This document shows, piece by piece, positions 1-6,686 of a stretch of DNA of 16,054 bases. Origin of the DNA: a candidate division WOR-3 bacterium (GTDB taxonomy: Bacteria; Hydrothermota; Tepidihabitantia; Tepidihabitantales; Tepidihabitantaceae); assembly GCA_039801225.1 (NCBI GenBank), contig JBDRUH010000032.1, forward strand, positions 1 through 16,054, written 5' to 3'. The position numbers were made by a program, and so were the translations under genes. The first letter of the stretch is position 1; the number at the start of each line of letters is the position of its first letter. Below the pieces are notes generated by a model. The model was not told where the DNA came from. It did not search any database and saw only the letters and a list, made by a program, of their open reading frames with translations.

Positions 1-173
1 GGGTGATTAAGGCTGATGTTGTGTCTCAGGACATCAACCGGATATAAAACTGAGGCTGGTCCATCGTCGCCTGTCAGTCGGCTAAACGGTGGACGAGAAA
101 TAAAAGATTGACTAACTATGTAGAACCTGGGTTCTGAACTCTTCGGACGCGGGTTCAATTCCCGCCGCCTCCA
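1..173 (+). ncRNA. ssrA: tmRNA (transfer-messenger RNA), 3' portion; 5' end lies outside the window
   Basis: Ends in the tRNA-like T-arm/acceptor sequence GGACGCGGGTTCAATTCCCGCCGCCTCCA (145-173), preceded by GACTAACTATGTAG, typical of tmRNA 3' regions. Two pseudoknots can be drawn: stem 11-20/30-39 with CTCAG(25-29):CTGAG(50-54), and stem 59-67/86-94 with GTCAGTC(73-79):GATTGAC(106-112). The CCA tail is not encoded after the discriminator A173. Confidence 0.92.
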
Positions 174-237
174 TTGATAATATCTTATTGTTACTCGCTT
201 GCCTTTGAATGTGCAATCCGTTTTTAGTGTTTAAAGT

Positions 238-1983
238 ATGAAGAAAAAAGGTCACCATTCTGTAGAGCACCAGGAGGAAAAATATCCCTTCAGAGTAAAA
301 TACGGTAGACGGCTTGCGGAAGAGTTCTGTGCCCTGTCGCGTCGGATTTTGCGTGCCGCAAATCAAGGTATGCCCAGAAGTGAATTTGCTCGTTTAGTTC
401 TTGAAGAGTTTATTAACTTCTCCGGTTGCGATTCGGCAGAAATTAGGGTAAATGAAGGAACTCGTTATTACCGAGGGGTCCTTACCCGGGAAAAAGGCAA
501 AAACTTTTCCTTTGAGATTGTGCCTAGAGCCGAATCCCAATCACCGGAAACGATGCCCGAAATAACCGAAGATACTCTTGGATTTAGGACGATATGCGAC
601 GCTCTCATTAGAGGCGATGTAAATTTTCAGCAAGGCTGTTTTGCCAGTAATGGTGGGTTCTGGAGTAACGACACCTCCCAACCGGTTGATGTTAAACCCA
701 ATCTTACCGTGAAAATTGGCGGCGCCTATTCTTCTATTGCCATTCTACCTTTTGTAGTAAGTGAAGATAGCCACGGCTTAATTATTTTAAAAAGCCTTAA
801 ACGGGGATATTTTAAAAAATATGAAATAGAATTTTATCAAGGTGTGGCACAGAGTCTGGGCGTGGCTATCGCCGACCGCCGGGCACAGGCGGCACTCCGG
901 GAACGGGTGAAGGAACTGGATTGCCTTTATTACATTGACAAAATTCTTGAGCAATCAAAATTGGAGTTAGCCGAAGCACTTCAAGCGGTGGTAGAAAAAC
1001 TCCCTGCCGCCTGGCTCTATCCCGAAATTGCCTCGGCACGAATAGTATTTGATGATAAACAATTTACCACAACGAATTACAAAGCAGGAGTTGCTTGTCA
1101 GAGAGCACCAATAGTTGTCCGAGGAAAGCATCGCGGGGTGATTGAGGTCGTTTACTTAGAAGGAAGACCTGAGTTAGATGAGGGTCCTTTTCTTAAGGAG
1201 GAACGTAATTTGATTAACGCCGTTGCCCGCGAAGTTGGACTTTTTATTGAAAGAAGGGAAATAGCCACCGAGCAAGCAAAACTTGAAACCCAGCTGCGCC
1301 ATGCCGACCGTTTGGCAACCATCGGACAACTTGCCGCGGGCGTCGCCCACGAATTAAATGAACCACTGAGTAACATCCTTGGTTTTGCCCAGTTGGCGCA
1401 AAAAGTGCCAAATATACCTCCCCAAGCAACCCAAGATATTGAAAGGATTGTCCAGGCGGTACTTCATGCCCGAGAAATAGTTAGTAAACTAATGACATTT
1501 GCCCGGCAGAAGCCTCCTTTGTTTACGGAAGTTAATCTCAACCAACTGATTAATGAAGGGCTCTATTTTCTTGCCTCCCGCTGTGCGAAAAGTGGGATTG
1601 AACTGATCCGGGATTTAACACCTGATTTACCGGAGATTATTGCTGACCCGGGTCAATTATACCAAGTCTTAGTCAACTTAGTGGTTAACGCTATCCAGGC
1701 AATGCCTAATGGCGGAAGATTAAGGGTCGCTACTATGGTTAGAGATGAAACGGTTTCATTAATCGTAGAAGACTCTGGTGTGGGGATGACAGAGAAAGAG
1801 AAAAGTCAGATATTTGTTCCCTTCTACACCACTAAACCCGAAGGTACCGGTCTGGGACTATCGGTGGTTTATGGTATAGTAACCGCCCATGGCGGTTCTA
1901 TAAAAGTAGAGAGTGAGCCGGGAAAAGGTAGCCGATTTGAAGTCCTATTACCCATAAAAGGAAACCCGATTGTAGAGAGTTGA
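238..1983 (+). CDS. Cytoplasmic sensor histidine kinase (GAF-like sensory regions + HisKA + HATPase), NtrB/AtoS-like
   Basis: 581-aa ORF with H-box LAAGVAHELNEPL, N-box QVLVNLVVNAIQAM, G1 DSGVGM, F-box IFVPFYTTK and G2 GTGLGLS. The N-terminal part has GAF-like segments (SIAILPFVVSEDSHGLIIL; APIVVRGKHRGVIEVVY) joined by a coiled coil ALRERVKELDCLY. No obvious transmembrane helix. Confidence 0.93.
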   Translation: MKKKGHHSVEHQEEKYPFRVKYGRRLAEEFCALSRRILRAANQGMPRSEFARLVLEEFINFSGCDSAEIRVNEGTRYYRGVLTREKGKNFSFEIVPRAESQSPETMPEITEDTLGFRTICDALIRGDVNFQQGCFASNGGFWSNDTSQPVDVKPNLTVKIGGAYSSIAILPFVVSEDSHGLIILKSLKRGYFKKYEIEFYQGVAQSLGVAIADRRAQAALRERVKELDCLYYIDKILEQSKLELAEALQAVVEKLPAAWLYPEIASARIVFDDKQFTTTNYKAGVACQRAPIVVRGKHRGVIEVVYLEGRPELDEGPFLKEERNLINAVAREVGLFIERREIATEQAKLETQLRHADRLATIGQLAAGVAHELNEPLSNILGFAQLAQKVPNIPPQATQDIERIVQAVLHAREIVSKLMTFARQKPPLFTEVNLNQLINEGLYFLASRCAKSGIELIRDLTPDLPEIIADPGQLYQVLVNLVVNAIQAMPNGGRLRVATMVRDETVSLIVEDSGVGMTEKEKSQIFVPFYTTKPEGTGLGLSVVYGIVTAHGGSIKVESEPGKGSRFEVLLPIKGNPIVES

Positions 1984-1988
1984 AAATT

Positions 1989-3335
1989 ATGAGTGAACAG
2001 ATAACAGCAACCATCCTTGTTGTTGATGACAACTTAGCCACCTTAGAGGTTCTTGAGCGTAATTTAACCGCAGCGGGTTACCAGGTTTATACTGTGCAAG
2101 ATGTCAACAATGCGGTAAAAGTTCTTAATGAGCAAGAAATTGACCTCGTAATAACCGACCTAAAAATGCCTGGTGAAAGTGGAATGGATTTGATTCGCTA
2201 TGTCCGTGAAAATCTCCATAATACTGAAGTAATGATGATTACCGGATATGCGACGATAGAAGGTGCCGTTCAAGCGGTGAAAGCCGGCGCTGAGGAGTAT
2301 TTAACCAAACCTTTTACTGATGAGGAGTTACTCGAGGCGGTAAAACGGGCACTGGAAAAACTTCATATTAGACGCACCGCTCAAGGTGCTGAAAAACCTC
2401 TAATTACATCGCCTTATGGTTTAATCGGGGAATCCGAGGCAATGAAAAAGGTATACGCCGCTATTGACCGCGCCGCCAAGGTCTCGGCAACGGTGTTGAT
2501 CACCGGCGAAAGCGGCACGGGTAAGGAGTTGGTCGCCCGGGCAATTCATTACTCCAGCCCGAGGGCTTCAGCACCATTTGTGCCGGTGAACTGCGGCGGT
2601 ATTCCTGAAGGGCTGTTAGAAAGTGAATTGTTCGGTTATGTCAAAGGTGCCTTCACCGGTGCCAATGAGACCCGAGCCGGTTTCTTCCAAACCGCAGAAG
2701 GAGGGTCAATTTTTCTTGACGAAATCAGTGAAACAAGTCTGGCAATGCAGGTGAAACTTTTGAGAGTTTTACAGGATAAAGAGGTGAGAATGGTTGGTGA
2801 CAGCCGACCCTATAAAGTTGATGTAAGAATAATGGCGGCGACTAATAAAGACCTTTTAACCCTGGTACAAAAAGGGTCTTTTCGCGAAGACCTGTTTTTC
2901 CGATTAAATGTCCTTACAATCCCTGTTCCACCTTTACGGGAAAGGGGCGACGACATTCTGTTGCTTACCCGGCACTTTATCCAGAAGTTCAGCCGGGAGA
3001 TGAACAGGGTGGCGCCCACTTTTACCGCCGAGGCTTTAGCGACTTTGAAACGCTACGAATGGCCGGGCAATGTCCGGGAACTGGAAAATCTAATTCAACG
3101 CCTTCTGGTAATGGTAGATTCGGAAACAATTGATATTCCTGACCTACCCCAACATATGCGTTTTTCTGTATTACACGGTGTCAGGTTAAACCGCACCCTC
3201 GCCGAAGTTGAACAGGAGTATATCAGTCAGGTAATTGCCAGCGTTAACGGTAATATTAGTAAGGCATCCAAGATTTTGGGAATAGACCGAAAAACATTGA
3301 GGAATAAGTTAAAACAGTCTCCCAAATCTCAATAA
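1989..3335 (+). CDS. Sigma-54-dependent response regulator (REC + AAA+ + Fis-type HTH), NtrC/AtoC family
   Basis: Receiver motifs LVVDD, ITDLKMP and TGYAT...KPF; Walker A GESGTGKE; ESELFG; intact GAFTGA (2646-2663); Walker B IFLDEI; FREDLFFRL; WPGNVREL; C-terminal GNISKASKILGIDRKTL HTH. ATG at 1989 preferred over TTG at 1980. Confidence 0.95.
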   Translation: MSEQITATILVVDDNLATLEVLERNLTAAGYQVYTVQDVNNAVKVLNEQEIDLVITDLKMPGESGMDLIRYVRENLHNTEVMMITGYATIEGAVQAVKAGAEEYLTKPFTDEELLEAVKRALEKLHIRRTAQGAEKPLITSPYGLIGESEAMKKVYAAIDRAAKVSATVLITGESGTGKELVARAIHYSSPRASAPFVPVNCGGIPEGLLESELFGYVKGAFTGANETRAGFFQTAEGGSIFLDEISETSLAMQVKLLRVLQDKEVRMVGDSRPYKVDVRIMAATNKDLLTLVQKGSFREDLFFRLNVLTIPVPPLRERGDDILLLTRHFIQKFSREMNRVAPTFTAEALATLKRYEWPGNVRELENLIQRLLVMVDSETIDIPDLPQHMRFSVLHGVRLNRTLAEVEQEYISQVIASVNGNISKASKILGIDRKTLRNKLKQSPKSQ

Positions 3336-3352
3336 AACATTAATTTTTAGAA

Positions 3353-3388
3353 TGGGGAAAATTATCCCCAGTGGTGCAATTTTCCCCA
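3353..3388. promoter_or_regulatory. Tandem putative upstream activator (enhancer) sites for the adjacent sigma-54 activator
   Basis: TGGGGA-AAATTA-TCCCCA (3353-3370) is a dyad. It is followed by TGGTGCAATTTTCCCCA (3372-3388); both share AATTxTCCCCA, 18 bp apart. They sit roughly 150-180 bp upstream of a -24/-12 motif. Confidence 0.6.
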
Positions 3389-3468
3389 AATAATCTTCGC
3401 CAAAACTTTTCTGATTGTTAGCGCTATCCCGATTTTCTTTTTTAACCACTCATAATTAAGTCTCACAT

Positions 3469-3481
3469 TATCTAATAGTTA
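3469..3481 (+). promoter_or_regulatory. IHF-like binding site
   Basis: TATCTAATAGTTA is one mismatch from WATCAANNNNTTR and lies in AT-rich DNA between the putative enhancer and the sigma-54 promoter. Confidence 0.35.
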
Positions 3482-3531
3482 TAATAATTCGTTTTAAATA
3501 TATCCGCTCTTTTCGGATATATGGCGTTTTG

Positions 3532-3547
3532 CGGAATGGTTTTTGCT
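3532..3547 (+). promoter_or_regulatory. Sigma-54 (-24/-12) promoter
   Basis: CGGAATGGTTTTTGCT has GG (3533-3534) and GC (3545-3546) exactly 10 nt apart, with TTGCT at -12, resembling TGGCACG-N4-TTGCW. It lies downstream of a GAFTGA-containing activator gene. Confidence 0.65.
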
Positions 3548-3637
3548 TAAATTATATTCGAGTAGGAGAAATAAATGGGGGTTAGATTATGGGTAATTTA
3601 GCAGATTAGTTAATTTAAATTAAACTGGAGGTGTAAA

Positions 3638-3994
3638 TTGTCGGTTACAAAGACGCAAAGAAAGGTGGCAGCAAAGAAACTGCCAGTAAAAAGAGAAAGA
3701 AAGCAGAAATTGGAGAGACCGCCACTCTCCGGATTGTGTAGCACCTGTAGCCATTCTCACGGATGTGGTTACAGATTAAGGCAGAGCCAGCCGGTTGTCT
3801 GGTGCGAGGAGTTTGAATCAACGAGTGTCCCATTTGTGGAAGAGACGCAATCGGGAATGGCGCAGGCACCTACCGTTGCCGAGATGCACGAGTGGGATAA
3901 ATATAAAGGATTGTGTGTCAACTGTGAGAACCGTGATAGTTGCCAAATTCGGAATAAGGAAATTGGTGTCTGGCACTGCGAAGAGTATCGCTAA
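3638..3994 (+). CDS. Small uncharacterised cysteine-rich protein with two internal GLCxxCx5C-x12-CEE[FY] repeats (putative metal/Fe-S binding)
   Basis: 118-aa ORF with TTG start and strong SD GGAGGT (3627-3632). Repeats are GLCSTCSHSHGCGYRLRQSQPVVWCEEF and GLCVNCENRDSCQIRNKEIGVWHCEEY. It abuts the gdh SD. Confidence 0.85.
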   Translation: MSVTKTQRKVAAKKLPVKRERKQKLERPPLSGLCSTCSHSHGCGYRLRQSQPVVWCEEFESTSVPFVEETQSGMAQAPTVAEMHEWDKYKGLCVNCENRDSCQIRNKEIGVWHCEEYR

Positions 3995-4005
3995 AGGAGA
4001 TGGCT

Positions 4006-5325
4006 ATGGCGATAACAAAAACAACGCCGATTAAGCGACGCTCACCGCGTCCCGAAATTTGCCCGCCGAAAAAGAGGAGTGTGTATCAGGATGTCATCTA
4101 CCAGTTCAACAAGGCAGCAGACATAATGAATCTTGACCCGGGTGTGCGTAAAATCCTTGCCACGACTATGAACGAGGTGATTGTCCATTTCCCAGTGAAA
4201 ATGGACGACGGACGAATAGAGGTATTTACCGGATATCGGGTTCAGCACAATAACGCCTTAGGTCCTTTTAAAGGCGGATTGCGGTTCCATCCTGCAGTTG
4301 ATATTGATGAAGTGCGAGCGCTGGCAACCTGGATGACCTGGAAGTCGGCTATCGCCAATATCCCTTTTGGTGGCGCAAAAGGTGGCATTCAGATTGACCC
4401 AACGCAGTATTCCTTCTCTGAGCTGGAACGAATAACCCGTCGTTTCACATTTGCCTTAGGTAATGTTATCGGTCCGGACTACGATATACCAGCGCCTGAT
4501 GTTAATACCAATCCCCAGATAATGGCTTGGATACTTGATACCTACCAGTCAATGGTTCCACCTCACGAAAGACAGCGGATGCTGGCGGTGGTTACCGGTA
4601 AACCGATTGAGTCTGGTGGCAGTCTGGGACGAGATAAAGCCACCGGGCAGGGGGTGGTTTTTCTGATCCGAGAATGGGCAAAAGAAAAGGGATTTGATTT
4701 GTCCAAGGCAACCTTCATTGTTCAGGGGTTTGGTAATGTCGGCTCTTGGGCGGCAAGGCTAATGAAACTTTTTGGTTCTCGACTCCTCGCCGTTGAGGAT
4801 GTTACCGGCGCAATTGCCAATCCGGAGGGAATTGACCCTGATGACCTCGCCCGGTATGTAAAAGAAAAAGGCGGCGTTAAAGGATATCCGAATGCAAAGC
4901 CGATTGGACACGACGAGTTTCTCTCCACACCAGCCGATATCTTTATTCCCGCTGCTCTGGAAAACCAGATTACCGCTGAAACCGCCTCTATGCTCAATGT
5001 TCGGCTTGTTGCGGAAGGTGCGAATGGACCTACCGACCCGGATGGCGATGCGATACTAACGAATAGGCGAATTGATGTTCTCCCGGATATCCTCTGTAAC
5101 TCCGGTGGAGTAATTGTTAGTTACTTTGAGTGGCTCCAGAACAAACGAAGCGAATTCTGGGACCTTCAGGAGGTAGACTGCAAACTCTACAAAAAAATGG
5201 TGGTGGCTTATCAAAGAGTGCGAGATACCGCACAGAAGTTCCAGGTAGACTGGCGCACCGCTGCCTATATTGTTGCCCTCGCCCGGTTAGAAAAGGTTTA
5301 TAAAGAGCGAGGTATATTCCCATAG
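4006..5325 (+). CDS. gdhA: Glutamate dehydrogenase (Glu/Leu/Phe/Val dehydrogenase family)
   Basis: Motifs GYRVQHNNALGPFKGGLRFHP, MTWK, PFGGAKGG, DIPAPDVNT, VVTGKP..GGSLGR..ATG, GFGNVG, IPAALE, EGANGP and PDILCNSGGVIVSYFEW. SD AAGGAG (3994-3999) favours ATG 4006 over ATG 4000. Confidence 0.95.
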   Translation: MAITKTTPIKRRSPRPEICPPKKRSVYQDVIYQFNKAADIMNLDPGVRKILATTMNEVIVHFPVKMDDGRIEVFTGYRVQHNNALGPFKGGLRFHPAVDIDEVRALATWMTWKSAIANIPFGGAKGGIQIDPTQYSFSELERITRRFTFALGNVIGPDYDIPAPDVNTNPQIMAWILDTYQSMVPPHERQRMLAVVTGKPIESGGSLGRDKATGQGVVFLIREWAKEKGFDLSKATFIVQGFGNVGSWAARLMKLFGSRLLAVEDVTGAIANPEGIDPDDLARYVKEKGGVKGYPNAKPIGHDEFLSTPADIFIPAALENQITAETASMLNVRLVAEGANGPTDPDGDAILTNRRIDVLPDILCNSGGVIVSYFEWLQNKRSEFWDLQEVDCKLYKKMVVAYQRVRDTAQKFQVDWRTAAYIVALARLEKVYKERGIFP

Positions 5326-5355
5326 TCTGGTAAAACAGAAAAATTACCAATTACC

Positions 5356-5389
5356 GAGCGTCCGGGTACACCCCGGGCGCTCAGTTTTT
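5356..5389 (+). terminator. Rho-independent terminator after gdh
   Basis: GAGCGTCCGGG-TACAC-CCCGGGCGCTC forms an 11-bp stem with one G-U pair, followed by AGTTTTT. Confidence 0.8.
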
Positions 5390-5437
5390 ATGCCAGAAAT
5401 TAATTGACTTTGCTAATAAGGTGGGTAGAAGGTATTA

Positions 5438-5959
5438 ATGCCTTGCCGATGCTGGCTATCCAGCCTTTTCCTTATGCTAATGAACTGCTCTTTCTTCTAC
5501 GCCACCTCGCCCCGTTATCACCAGGAGAAACGGATTAAAAAGCCGGCTGAGCCGGCAAAGGCGGTGTGCCATGATTTTGAAAAGAATAAAGGCAATCTCC
5601 CCTGGCCAGTAAAGGGGACAATTGTGAATAACTTCGGAGTCCAAGTTGACCCTAAGTATGGAACAAAGACAAAAAACTTAGGTATTGATATTGCCTGTAA
5701 ACCAAATAGCCCAGTTTTGGCAATCGGTCAGGGAATGGTGAGCTATGCCGATGCCTTTATCGGGCAGGGGCTAATGGTTATCGTAGAACATGGCGGCGGT
5801 TTCCACTCGGTCTATGCCCGCTTAGGAGAAATTAAAGTAACAACCGGACAGAAGATAAAAACCGCAGACATAGTTGGAGTAAGTACCGAGGTCTTACATT
5901 TTGAGTTACGGGTTGATGGCAAAGCGGTTGACCCAAGCGAGTGGTTAAGAAAACAATAA
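5438..5959 (+). CDS. Peptidase M23 (LytM) domain protein, catalytically degenerate; EnvC-like murein hydrolase activator
   Basis: KGNLPWPVKG...FG, NLGIDI, VIVEHGGGFHSVYARL and LHFELR..GKAVDP..WL match the EnvC C-terminal domain. Canonical HxxxD, YxH and HxH histidines appear as N, R and V. Hydrophobic N-terminal segment. Confidence 0.82.
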   Translation: MPCRCWLSSLFLMLMNCSFFYATSPRYHQEKRIKKPAEPAKAVCHDFEKNKGNLPWPVKGTIVNNFGVQVDPKYGTKTKNLGIDIACKPNSPVLAIGQGMVSYADAFIGQGLMVIVEHGGGFHSVYARLGEIKVTTGQKIKTADIVGVSTEVLHFELRVDGKAVDPSEWLRKQ

Positions 5960-5998
5960 ACCGGAGATTTGATGGTTGTTATTTGAGTAAAGTTTAAC

Positions 5999-6027
5999 TT
6001 GACATAAAAAGGAGGGGATGTTAAATT
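5999..6027 (+). promoter_or_regulatory. Sigma-70-type promoter for the pal-tol operon
   Basis: TTGACA (5999-6004), 17-nt spacer, TAAATT (6022-6027), with extended -10 TG at 6019-6020. Confidence 0.7.
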
Positions 6028-6130
6028 GTTTCTGTGATTTGCTGGCAATGGGTTAGGAAAGTTTTTAAAAACCCTTTCCTGCAATTTAATATGAAGAAAC
6101 TAAGAGTATAAAAAGAAAGGAGGCAGAACG

Positions 6131-6670
6131 ATGATTAATGCAAAAAAGCATCTCCAAACCACCTTGCTCGCAACGCTGGTGCTGGGTATGGTTTTTACCC
6201 TCACTCTCACCGGCTGTCCGAAAAAGTGCGTAAAACCGGTTAAGGAAGAGCCAATAATTGTGGAAGAGCCAACTGAAGAGGAAATAGGAGAAAGGATAGA
6301 AAAGGAAGAGGTCGCGCCGATAGCGGAACTGAATCTGCAAACAATTTACTTTGACTTTGACAAATCGGATATTCGTCCTGGTGATGCCGAGATTCTTACC
6401 TCTAATGCCCAAAAACTGAAAAAGGCGCTGGAAGGGAAGCGGCAAATAACAGTTACTATTGAAGGACATTGCTGTCCGATTGGCACCTCTGAATACAATA
6501 TGGCTCTGGGACAGCGACGGGCTGAGTCGGCTAAAGCATATCTGGTAAAGTTAGGGGTTAATGCCGGAATTCTCAATACCGTCAGTTACGGCGAGGAGAG
6601 ACCGGTAACAACCGACTCCCTTCAATACCATCTGAATCGGCGTTGCGAGTTTAAAGCGGTGACGAAATAA
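6131..6670 (+). CDS. pal: Peptidoglycan-associated lipoprotein (OmpA-like C-terminal domain)
   Basis: SD AAGGAGG; signal peptide with lipobox LTGC; LQTIYFDFDKSDIR, IEGHC, EYNMALGQRRA, VSYGEERP and NRR motifs; adjacent to cpoB/tolQR. Confidence 0.9.
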   Translation: MINAKKHLQTTLLATLVLGMVFTLTLTGCPKKCVKPVKEEPIIVEEPTEEEIGERIEKEEVAPIAELNLQTIYFDFDKSDIRPGDAEILTSNAQKLKKALEGKRQITVTIEGHCCPIGTSEYNMALGQRRAESAKAYLVKLGVNAGILNTVSYGEERPVTTDSLQYHLNRRCEFKAVTK

Positions 6671-6686
6671 CATTAAATCAGCGTGG

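Noticed and set aside
100..173. A standalone tRNA gene
   Set aside because: It has a T-arm and acceptor 3' strand but no D-arm/anticodon cloverleaf within ~75 nt; the upstream pseudoknots indicate tmRNA.
112..366. 84-aa minus-strand ORF (…MEAAGIEPAS…)
   Set aside because: It is the antisense reading of the tmRNA T-arm and the kinase start; 'MEAAGIEP' is a classic tRNA/tmRNA shadow translation.
3522..3532. TGGCGTTTTGC as the sigma-54 promoter
   Set aside because: GG-to-GC spacing is only 6 nt; the neighbouring site at 3532-3547 has the required 10.
174..5400. Prophage or integrative element at ssrA
   Set aside because: No integrase, phage or transfer genes, and no repeat of the ssrA 3' end seen in the window.
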